From positions 9,548,001 to 9,612,000 of the forward strand of contig CM102290.1 in assembly GCA_046563655.1 (NCBI GenBank): DNA of 64,000 nt, written 5' to 3'. Below, in pieces: positions 53,031 through 64,000 of this stretch. The stretch is from Yuukianura sp. NJ FZ-2021. Taxonomy: Eukaryota. How positions within the stretch are numbered: position 1 is the stretch's first letter; every line of letters begins with the position of its first letter. The notes under the pieces were generated by a model, which saw only the letters and a program-made list of their open reading frames with translations, did no database searches and had not been told where the DNA came from. The position numbers and the translations under genes were made by a program.

Positions 53031-56000
53031 TCAAATGAGGTTGGCACTCAATTTGCTTGGATCCAAGGTAGAGTTGGTGTAGTCAGGCGATTCGTTTTCG
53101 GTATCGTGAAACGGTACCGGAACGGTATCTGGCAGTGGCTCGATTGGCGGTTCTGGTCGAATACTTCCGTCTTTGAAAGTTACCGCTGACGAAAGTTGGT
53201 TGATCACACGCTTCTCACTGCGGAGCTTCAAGGCCATGAAAACCACGCCCACCGCAAGTAGAAGTGACAAAGATACGCCTACCATTATAGCCACCGTTTG
53301 TTTCCAGGACGCGGGCTCTAAATTTGGAATTTTTTGGAAAATAAATAGATCAACATTCAATTTGAAAATGCATTCTGTGAATCTTTAGGAAAATGGGAAA
53401 CACTGACTGACCTACTACGTAAACGTGAATTTTTCGCGTGACGGAGCCGCCAACGTTTGACGCAGTGCAAATGTACGTTCCATTTGTTGCGTAACTCACG
53501 ATGTCAAAGCGAATGTTTTCCCGCGTGAAATTTCCCGTGGCATTCACTTCCTGTGTGTGGTTGACGTTCATATGGGTAGTATGCCACTAACAAAAATATA
53601 ACATAAAACGAATTTAATTTTATACATTAATATATTATAATGTGTTATTTATTTTTTATATTAATTTTACCCAGTCGTCAATTTTTGTCCAGCTGAACGT
53701 TGGAACTGGGACGCCGAAGGCAGAACAGCTAATTTCCTTACGTGTATCGTTCATCGTCCAAGTATAAGATTCCTCAAAAGTATCATTCAGTACTGGCCTG
53801 CTCGAAGCTGAAAACGACAAATTGAAAATTTTGAAAAAAAAAACTTTTGAAAATTTCGTCCGCCGAAGTTTCTTACCGTTGATGTAAAGTGGATACGGCT
53901 TATGAATATATTCCGTAGAATTCCAAACCTTATACACAGAAAAAGAATAGTTTGACCTTTGACCTTGACCAAACTGTTGCAGTTTATTTTAAATATTCTT
54001 ACAGGAGCAATACACATGACAGAGTCCAAGTCAACATGGGCAACAATTTTGAGGTAAGCGTTTGAATAATCATACTGATACTTTGGTGTTGGAGACACTT
54101 CAGAATCTATACAAAAAAATCCACCAGCTCAATGACCCTGACCCCGTGATGCTTTTAAAAAAGAAAAAGATGGAACTGACCTTTGACCTTGATCGTACCG
54201 TTCTTCCACTTGATGGCCCATCGTATTCCATTTGAAAAGTAGTACTCCGATACGTAGCAGTAAAAGTTCAGAGATTGACCATGGTACAGCGTAAGACTTG
54301 CTGGGTCCACTGATGTTGACCTCCGGTACCAGTAGTAGTCGCTCAGCCGTATCAACATCATTTCATGCGGGTCGATCTCAGACCAATCAAAATCTAGATA
54401 ACAACCCAACAACCAATCAAAATCTGTCACCATCAATAATTCACCGTTTGATCTCATGGCGTTACTTAAAAGGTCAAAGGTCACGCGTAACTACTTACAA
54501 GCATTAATCTTCTGTTGTTTCCGCGGTATCGACCAATCACGTAGTCCGAACACATATTGCCGGAAACTGTCGATTCCGTCGCCAACACAGTGTACGAGTC
54601 CTGCCGAGTGGACGTACAACCTCACTGTCGTACATCCCCTCCGTGACTTCTTCCTTAGAAAAGTGTTGTAGAGGTCCTGCGTAGAAAGTTATATAAAACT
54701 TGGTCATTTTTATGAAAGTTGTCAGTAGAAAAGAATTTTACATGCACAGGCTCACCGGAGCGACAAATTTCTTTCTGAATTCACACATGGCAGGATGGTT
54801 ACAGTAGTAATGCATCATTACTGGAGAACGACGCGAACTTGAGCAGCATTTGACCTTGGAAGTGGCCGGGTCAAAGGTTATGGTGGCATTCGACTTCTGC
54901 GGACGTAACCAACCACTGGATGGATCAGACTCTAAAACCAAAATTCAAATTTTCAAAAAAAAAAAAAAACATTACTTTTTAAGAGTTTCAAAAATACCAT
55001 TTTGAAGTTTGACCTCAACGTTGATAAATTCTTGAGCAGGGTTGGGTCCACTGGGACGACAAGTGTAGTTGCCTTTCAGAAATGGAACTTTGTCTAAAAT
55101 TATTCCGCGACTACGCTGAAATCTCACTGAACTGTTGTACGCAACGAATTCCGATGTCTAGAAATTTCGAAATTTTGCATATTTTTGTCAGTTTCAAAAA
55201 CTTTTTTAAGTTCCCCTTACATTTGCAGCACCACTTTTGCTTAGGACAGGATTTTTGAAATCGGGATCAGAACTGACGCAAGGAAGAACAGCGATATTGT
55301 CCTCCGCATAGACCGTGAGTGACTCATTAGTTTGGATGAATTTTTGATGAGAATCGTCTAAAATAAAATTTTGAAAAATTTTAATTTCTCGGGGTTTTTG
55401 TCAAAAGAGGTCGAACATCACACCTTGCCAAAAAATGTAAACACTTGATTGGAGGCTAGTCCTGGCAGCGTGTGCGCAAGTGTAGTTGCCTGTCAAGCGG
55501 TTGTAGTTCCCGTAAATGTTGATTGTCGCCATGTACTCGTAGGTTCGGAGGTCATAAATATTTTTTGCCGTTCTGCGTGTGCGTAGTGACAACATCCAGG
55601 AGGCGTGCCCTATAAACTGAAATTACAACGGAAAAGTTAATCTGGGTACACACTGAATTTGAAACATTGTTTCTAAATTTCAAAATTCGAAATTCCAAGA
55701 TATGAAAAAAGCCAGGTTATTTTTGTTATAAATATTTTTTTGGTGTCCAAACTCGTGAAAAATTTCGCATTTTCCCATAAACGTTCAAAAATATTGCTCA
55801 AACTTTCGGTAGTAAGTCGGTGTAATTTTGCCCGAATTCCTGGAAATGTCCAAGGTTTGCGGTGCCTTACACTGTCCGAATTTTTTGGATTTGTCAAATT
55901 TTTGAAAACGTACACTTTTTTGCTGAAATTTTGACTTACATGGGCGTTATGGAATACCCACGTAATTGGGTACGGCGCAGTACACACGAGGACACAGCTA

Positions 56001-56173
56001 CTCATTCCCTTTGGAACAGCGTAACTCCTCTCACCGATTTTCGTAACGTTTTGACTATTTGAGCTGTAACCGTACTGAAATTCATTTGAACTCATAAATT
56101 GAATTATTGGCGGAGACTGGAGTTCAGCAGCAGTCAACCCTACCACCAGCAAAACCAACCACACCGCCCCCAT
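53031..56173 (-). CDS. PVR/VEGFR-ectodomain-like Ig-domain type I membrane protein without kinase domain (paralog B), apparently intact
   Basis: Signal peptide MGAVWLVLLVVGLTAA; Ig domains collinear with paralog A (CTAPYPITW, TGNYTC, CCS...CNHPAMC, CVGDGID, YYFSNGIRW, CSAFGVPVPTFSWTK, NGTYICTASN); TM VAIMVGVSLSLLLAVGVVFMAL; ~65-aa tail then stop. Confidence 0.82.
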
Positions 56174-57149
56174 TTCCAAAAATTCACAAACGGTCTAAAT
56201 TCTGGTTCTTCAAGATTATAAATTTCAAAACGCCTCTCTAAATTCCTAACCGAAAACTGTTCCATGAGATGCTGACTTACTTACCAGCAAAAGGAAGTGA
56301 AAACAAAAGATCCAAAGCTTTCAAAAATTTGGTTTTTGCAATCGCATGTCAGTCAATTGTTCCGCTTTCAATTGATCCATGGTCACTTTGGCACGAATAG
56401 TTAAGTTGATGTCCTGAATTTGTTACCCAAAACAAATTGTAAAGTTGACCGCTAAAGTTAACTAGGTATAAGCTTAACCTAATTAACCTAGTTGACGTCG
56501 TTTTTAACGCATTCTATAGTAGAATGTTCTACTGTTTGCAGTTTCTGTATAAACTTACCTTTTAATATTAGTAGTTTTACAAGCATGCTGCGCATGCTCG
56601 ATGGCGTCGCTGGCGCTCAGTAAATCAGTAAATATGCGGTCTTGGAATTTTTCTAAACAAACCAATTGGTTGCTAAGCATTTGAGAAATCACCATTGCTC
56701 GTTAGTATTATAATAGATATTTCACGGTAAGCAGAAGTTGTTATTCGGAACCTTACGATATCTTCTTTAAAGGTAATGATTGTTGGTGTTGAACGACTTC
56801 CTCAACAAATTAAGTAAAACATAAATTAGTAATTTCCAATAAAATTTATTTATATATCAAATATGTTTATAGAATATGTAATTGTATTTGATTGTAACGT
56901 TTTTGTCCATGCGTGTTTTTGCCCATGTTCGTAACGGAAAACCCTCCTCATCCGCCCCCTCTATTTTTTGGACAGAAAAAAAACCTTCGCTCATCCAGTT
57001 GTTGACTCTTGAAGTTGAAGACAGTTGAATTTTTATAATTTATTTAAATAACGTCTCTTTTTAATTACAATTAATTATTGATTACTTTGATAAGTGACCT
57101 CCGACTCCTGAATGACTTGTCAGTGTATCAAGTAAACTGAGACATAAAC

Positions 57150-58355
57150 ATGAATGTTAACGTCGCAACTACTGCGCCTTTCCTTCTACTTGTCTTCTTC
57201 ACATTCTTCCAATATTCTTCAGTGTCAGCTGAGGTAATTGAGTAATTGTTAATTAGTATTTGACTTAACTAATTATATAACATAAATATACATTATCAAA
57301 TATGTATTATCACTATCAGGTCTTGAAGTCTTTTATAATTGTTGCAGGGTACGGCTGGTCTCTACGCTGACACACGCTGTATTTGCCAATGTCCCGAACC
57401 TTCACTTGTCATCACTACTGTGACCGTTACGACCAATCGAACTGCATACATTAGCAAGAAGGCGCCTAATCCTAGTGAATGGTAAACCAAAGTAGCTTAT
57501 ATGATCATTGATGTTAGTTTAACTATTTAAATTTTAAAATGAGGACTAATTGACATGATTTGGGTTTAGTAATTGCGAGGAAGTGGTTGTTCCTTTGCTA
57601 TACAACTTGAGTGGATTCGCTGGGAAGGAAGGAGAATTCTGTCCACGATGTACTTGCAAATACAGTAGAAGGAATACTACCATAATCCAAGTAAAGTTTC
57701 AAACTTGGACATGCTCATTACAAGCGACATTCAAATGTCGTGGTTCAAATGGATTTTCATTTTGGATCTACCATTTTCCGGTTGAAGGACTGAACATGTT
57801 GATTAACGAAACTTTATCTTTTTTTCCTAGGTGATTGTAATAATTGTCATTTGGATCGTGTCTCTGCTGATGATCTACATGCTGTTCCTGATGTGTCTGG
57901 AACCACTACTCAATAAGCGGATTAAGAGCACACCCTACACGGAACATACAAATGAAGATGTAAGAAACACATAATCTGGTCCTTGTGACGTTAAGTTTCA
58001 GAACATGGCAGACCCTGTGAGGATAATATGAGATCTGAAAGTAGATTATGTTTGGTGATGGGTCTTCCTACAGGATGAGGCAATTGGAGAAGAGAGTGAG
58101 GGTGGCGGCGGTTCGTCGTCAGGGATCGGAGGAGGAAGCCGAACCGCTCATGCTCTCCGCATGACACCTACTACAAGTAAAATTAATTAACTTAAGTAAT
58201 TATCAAAATTTCAAACTGTATGTGAAACTCCACTCCTTATAGGTGAAGCCGGCCCCAGCGTCCTTAACCGCGTGGGGCATCAGCAATCGAAATGGAAAAT
58301 TCAAGTTCAAGAGCAGCGAAAGAATATTTATGATCGTCATACAATGCTAAACTGA
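57150..58355 (+). CDS. TMEM9: TMEM9 family transmembrane protein
   Basis: Signal peptide; DTRCICQCP; FCPRCTCKYSRRNTTII; TM VIVIIVIWIVSLLMIYMLFLMCL; C-terminal VLNRVGHQQSKWKIQVQEQRKNIYDRHTMLN. Confidence 0.93.
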
Positions 58356-58826
58356 AAGTTATCAAACTTCTTCCTCTTGTACCAATTTTTACAATATCTG
58401 ATTTATAATTCCAATTGAAGAATTGACGTTGATGATCCCAACTAGTCAAAGAGAGCGAACGCGAAAACTGACGATCTGCACATGTTTTACTCTGCTCCTA
58501 GAAAACGTCTATAAAAAGGCCAACTGTAACGAAATAGTCCTGTTAAGTACATTCCGCAATTAACAAACGTTTATGTGCAGTTTATTAAACTTATTCAGAA
58601 AAATCTATCTAAAGTTTTCGTTTTCTAACCAAAATTTTTTTGAAGAGGCGAGAATTTTTACTTTCAGGCTCCCTACTTTTGTCTTTTTCGTATTGCTAGT
58701 TAATCTCACTGGAATCGATAGGCGGAGACACACCTAACCTGAAACGTTAAACGTAACTTTAACCCTATTCCTAACCTAATCTTACGATTAGTTAGGGCTA
58801 ACCTAATTTGATGTGCGTTAGAATTT

Positions 58827-60242
58827 TTAGACGTAGGTGGCCACGTAGAAGTGACCGAAGAGAAGCACAAACGTGAGCATGTACAGAATGAGAGAGATGG
58901 CTACCCAAGAGGGGTAGCCACAAGGCCACTCCAAGGTCATCACGCAAATCCAAATTGTGGTGACAAACTGGAGCTTGAAGTCAAAATTCAAAAAAAAATT
59001 TAAAAACGAAAAACATTGAATTACCATTTTGAACAGGTTTGACAAAAGTGCTTACTATTTGAACAATCGTGAGTAGTTTTTTGAAGATGATGTTTTGGTG
59101 GTGGTGACTGGCAGTGGACGAAGCTTTGACCTTGTAGTACGAGTACATGATGACATGGATCCAGCAGTTGATCATGGCAATAATGACAGCTACAAATTAA
59201 GTTACGAGTTATAAGGTCAGAGGTCAAACAAATCATTAGGAAGAGGTCAAAGGTCAACTCACTAGTTCCTCCGGGGACGATCCTTGCTCCAAGCCACGTT
59301 GCGCAGAGGATGGTCGTGTGATGGTAGACATGGAGGAAGGTCAACTGTCGCTTCTTGCCCCGGGCGATGATGAAGGCCGTGTCACCCAACTCTACAATCT
59401 TCGAGATGTGGAAGAGGTAGACCAGGAATGGAGCCTGTCAAGGTATCAAATGTGATATTATAATGTAATTAGTTATTATTTAATTTAATTTAATTATTAT
59501 TAATCTTGTTACCAGCAATAGTTCTTCTTCTCTCACTGGTTCACATGTCACTGAATACTGTCCGCGGACGATGACCCAAGCTAACTGAAAAACAGACAAG
59601 GTCAACTGCTGGTCACTTCCAAGTAAAAACAGTGGTGGTCTTACTCCAGAAGCTACGCAGAAGTTGATGAGTACATTGAAGACGTTGTAGTACTGAAGAC
59701 ACACTGTAGTCCGACAGTTGTGGATACCTTTGACCTTGGTTTCTGGAAGACAGACGGAGTCCTTCACACTGGCATCCAGAAGGTCACTGGAGGAAGACAG
59801 ACAGCCACTGCTGCTAGGCTTCCAGTAGTGAAAGTGAAAGATGAAACCTAAGTACACCCCGCAAATTCCGAGCGGAATGAACGGACTCCCCATTAAAAAC
59901 CATCCCTCTGTTTGGGTTTGGGGACCTAAAGTAATTAATTGTAATAGCGTTAATTACTTTAAATATGCGATTCTAATTAAGTTACAATATCAATAGTTGC
60001 AGGTTAGAGCTGTGGTGAAAGTCAGGGAGAGAAAGCTGTGCCACTGTTTGTGGCAAGACTTCACTTGGTTTATGATTGAAATAGGAACGAAAACCATGCT
60101 TGAGCCCAAGTAAAGTTTATTTATTGTTTTAGCTTGGTTAAAAAAATAAAGTTAGTGTGTAAAACTTACTGATTAGTTGCATTGATCTGTTCCATTCTTC
60201 AAAAATGTATTGCACAGTCAAACCAAAGTAGTCAGCCATCAT
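58827..60242 (-). CDS. Fatty acid elongase (ELOVL/GNS1-SUR4 family)
   Basis: GWFLMGSP; KIVELGDTAFII; catalytic histidine box FLHVYHH; NCWIHVIMYSYY; TIVQI; LFGHFY. The C-terminus could extend via a weak splice donor. Confidence 0.92.
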
Positions 60243-61211
60243 AATGCTACTTGCTAACAACCCTGTTGAATATTTTCTACAACTGACACTTTATAAGGCA
60301 AGTCAATTAAAATAACATATTTATGTTAATCTCAATCAATTTTTAATACAAACTACAAAACTTTCATATTTAGGTCGAAAGTAAATAAAAATGGAAAGAA
60401 AAGTGAAATATTTCCCCTCCCTTTCTCTCTTTTCTCCCAGCTTTCTCTGGCACATGCTCCCTTCGGTTTGATAAATACCGCTGACCCCGTTGTTAAAAAC
60501 AACATCTTCAGTTAACGTTTAATTCTAATTAGTTAACTACTTGATGCATTACTAATTGTACTATAGTTAGCTAGCTGAGTTCTACTTAAGTTTTTAATTC
60601 CGCTTTGGCATTCAGTGTTGCAATTTTGAAACGTTTTTATTGATTTGCTGGGAATTTTGTACATATTGAAAAACCGAAAAAGTTTTTAAAGAGGCCGACT
60701 TTTTTTCTTTGTTGTGGTTTGGCCAATCGCATTCAAGCAACTAAGACAATTTGGAGTACCGTAAAACCTCCATGCTAGTACTTCGGCGTTGGTTTGTACT
60801 GGGACTAAAATATTGTCAACGTGCAAAATAGTACAAATAGTAAATAGTAATGGTATAATATTGTTATATTTTTAGTTGTTATTATATTAATATATAACTT
60901 AATTCAGTTTACTTAATGCAAGATGACAAAAAAGGAATCTCGGGCCGATATCTCAATCTATAGCGATGGACGATTATCAGAGACCTTACGGTACTTAATA
61001 TTTTCAACCTCTTTTATGAATTGACAAATGTGGAACAAAAGTTGGAAAAGTTGAAAATTTCTTTATTTTTTGGAAGTGGTTCACTGACCATAGTCTAAAT
61101 TTAGTTCTCAACTTTGGAAGACAACAAGGGACGAAGACGCACCGGTGAGCTGATTGGCCGCTTCTTACTTAATTAATAATCGAACCCGATATACTTACAA
61201 GAAATCAGATC

Positions 61212-62026
61212 ATGACGATTCATTGGAAGCAAAGTACATGGATTATTTCAGCCCTGTTGTACCTTCCAACACTCACCTTCGTATGGGCAACATGAATCAA
61301 TTACTAATCTAATTCCATTGTAAAAAATCCGTAAGTTAATTGGTAATTGGATATTTCAGATCTCTGCTGGAGATGAGGTGATGTTCGATAGTCTACTGGG
61401 GGCTGGAGATGATTGTAGTTTGATTGGATACAACAAAGACACTTTGCCCTGTTCCCACTGTGATGTACTGCCTAGATATGACCTCTCCGACCTACAGTAA
61501 GTTCAAGAAGGGGACTCGTTTCATGTCTAACTACTTTTAGTCTCATTCCATCATCCGCCATGGCAATGAAGCCATGATTATCGTTTTACTAATGAAATCG
61601 TTTCTCAACAGGCCGGGCTGTAAGCAGTGTTGTAACCCAGCTCTAGTCGATAAGTCAGATGACCTTGACATACCGTCAACAAAGTTCCATAAAGCTCGTC
61701 TCGAAGTGTGTTGGTAAGTTGCTGATGGTTGCCGGTTGGTATCAGAATTTTAGAGTTCAATGAAACAATGTCAGTTATGATGTTCGTTAATCCCTAGGTG
61801 TAAGTTCCCATCGATGCCACAAATTGAAGCCTTCGTGAAAACGGAAGAGAGGGAACGTCGATTCAAAAATCTAGAATTGAAGCACATCCAATATCAGAAT
61901 CCGATCATCAAATTATTCAATTCTGACGGAGATGTAGTGGAGACACTGGCTATCAACAAGTGGACTACGGACACAATCGTAGAATTTCTAGCATCACACC
62001 TCGAACAACCAAATAACGAACTCTAA
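61212..62026 (+). CDS. SELENOF: Selenoprotein F (Sep15)-like ER thioredoxin-fold protein, Cys-containing homolog, 4 coding exons
   Basis: Signal peptide; Cys-rich domain (C..GY...LPCSHC...CKQCC); ARLEVCWCKFPSMPQIEAFV; PIIKLF; KWTTDTIVEFL; C-terminus NNEL. Confidence 0.88.
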
Positions 62027-62477
62027 ATTATAACGTTAGCTCTTCTACTACGTAACAACTTCCTGTATCCCTGTGGAACACTGACACGACAGAATAAACT
62101 TCCTTTATCCAACACCCACTTAGCGGTCAGAGGTTATATTTTCTTAACAGTTTTATTAGTGTTGTAAACATATAATAAGAATATCTAAATATCTAACCAT
62201 ACTAATTTGTACATCATTCAACTTGTTTCAATGAACAGTTACACAAAGCCACTCACACATAAAACTACTTACAACGGAAAACATTATTAGAATTTGATTC
62301 GTTTTAACTAAGAATTTTTTTTTACACTTGCTAGAAGTATTTTTAAATCCTTCAGATAACTAGTAGTAGTGAGACTACTAGTTTTACAAGGATTTCCGAG
62401 TTACAGTTACGTAATGGTAATTAAAATTTATACTAATGCTGAGACATAAACTTTACGAACAGTTAGATTGGAATTAC

Positions 62478-63928
62478 TCACTTCCAAGTACTTCTGGGAG
62501 CTAATCCAGCAGCAGACCCAAATCCAAGTCCAACTCCCCTTTGGGTGTGAGTAATCGTTCTGGCGACTTCGTACTCTTTTTCCAATTTGTTGAAGTACTC
62601 TTTCGACTGCGTCGCTGGAACTGGCACATCCTTCTTGTCAGAAGTACTTGTGCTGCTACTGTCTGCTACGAAGAGAAAGGGAAAAAAGTTTAGCAAAAGT
62701 ATTTGCTCAGAATGTTCGTTGTTCATATTCGGAGTTTTTTTTTCTATACGTACCACCATCTTTCATTCCCATGAGACGCTTGAACTTGGCAGAAACTTTT
62801 CCGTCTGAATCATCAGAAAATGTTGTCTTCTGCCAAACCGAGGAACTTGATGATGCTGTGCTAACAGGAGTTTCCTGCAAAAATGTTGCTTTTAGTCATA
62901 TCCTTATTGATACAACGCTCATTCGAACAGTGGAGCTTGGATGGTCCACGAAAACCAACGTGCATACCTTTTTGCTAAAGAGGAGCTTCCTCTTTTCAAT
63001 TTGCTGGACGAGGTTCGTAGCTGCTGGGCAACTGATATTCAGTGAAATTGGGCGCAGGTCATCGTCATCAATATCGTCAGTAGTATCGGGCTCGGTCTCC
63101 TTTCCTGAAAAGGTTAAAAATAGCATTACCATTAGCACAACGCAACTCCACTTCAATTAGTAATTGAGTGAGAGAATCGTAATGACAATTAGCAAAACCT
63201 TGCGGCGGAAGTTCGTTGGATGCCTTCGTATCACATCTGTTGAACGGTTTTCTAGAATCGTATTGCGAACCTTGTCGGAAATTCTGTCTATTATCTCCTC
63301 GTGGATTGGAATAATTGTACCCGTAGTTAGAACCTCTCTTCCTCTCTGGACTGTGATGATCTCCGTGGTTTGACCTGAAGGTGAATCGCAATTGCTTATG
63401 ATAAGACAATTAAATTGTTAATCAATCAACCTCAATAAACAACGAATTCGTAGAAACGTTTCTCATGATTAGTTTTGCGTAGGTTTTAGCTTACCCGCCA
63501 CCACCACCGTCCCTTCCAGTATGAGCATTTCGGTCTCGATCGGGGCTACGACTACGTTTTCTGTCGTAATTCCTTCGTTCATTTCTCCCATTGCCACCAC
63601 CGCGATTTGTGTAGTTTCGGGGAAAGAATTTTCCATCGGACGATCCACTGTGACCTTCATCACGGTAATGTCTCGCAACCTACACAAGTATGGAAAACTA
63701 CTCTAAAATGTTAATCATTTGCTCTTTAGTTCAATGTAGCAGGATGTGCTTCAATTTTAAAAATTATCCAATCCTACATTTCATTTAACTAGTGAAGTAA
63801 CTAGAATTCAATTAAGAACTCACCTGTCCATCTCCATAGTCTCTGTTATTCCGATATCCTCTTCCGCCATACCCTGGGCGACGATATTCCTGATGTTCCT
63901 TCTTGTCCCAGTCTTCTCTCCGATCCAT
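62478..63928 (-). CDS. RSRC2: Arginine/serine-rich coiled-coil protein 2-like (SMAP domain)
   Basis: Arg/Asp-rich N-terminal exons, then QQIEKRKLLFSKK, WQKTTFSDDSDGKVSAKFKRLMGMK and LEKEYEVARTITHTQRGVGLGFG. Confidence 0.85.
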
Positions 63929-64000
63929 TTCCAGTTAAGTATAAATTAAGGATCAGGCAATCATAAATACAACCAACAGAATTCAATTAACTTTAAAGTT

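Noticed and set aside
61212..62200. Selenocysteine recoding in the SelF gene
   Set aside because: The catalytic-position codon is TGT and the spliced model has no in-frame TGA.

Overview
AT-rich, intron-rich eukaryotic DNA, most likely from an arthropod (a hexapod such as a springtail is my inference, not demonstrated). The first ~22 kb holds a complete glutamate-gated chloride channel gene (GluCl, 477 aa when spliced) with two 65-bp mutually exclusive exon-3 variants. A compact gene cluster follows: an SLC16/MCT-like transporter, a GTSF1/Asterix-like double CHHC zinc-finger gene, Sesquipedalian/PHETA, PBDC1, an unidentified low-complexity gene, CCT2, ArfGAP2/3, two tandem PVR/VEGFR-ectodomain-like membrane proteins with no kinase domain, TMEM9, an ELOVL elongase, a Cys-type selenoprotein F homolog and RSRC2. 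Several MITE/foldback elements are present. The most striking is an 868-bp near-perfect foldback with a TA target-site duplication and an internal 19-bp satellite. It sits inside a coding exon of one kinase-less receptor, and its ends carry GT/AG dinucleotides that could splice it out in frame. Perfect AGGTCAnAGGTCA (DR1) motifs are strongly over-represented, and three CRE palindromes cluster upstream of GluCl. All gene models were spliced by hand from GT/AG sites and reading-frame continuity; no database searches were run.
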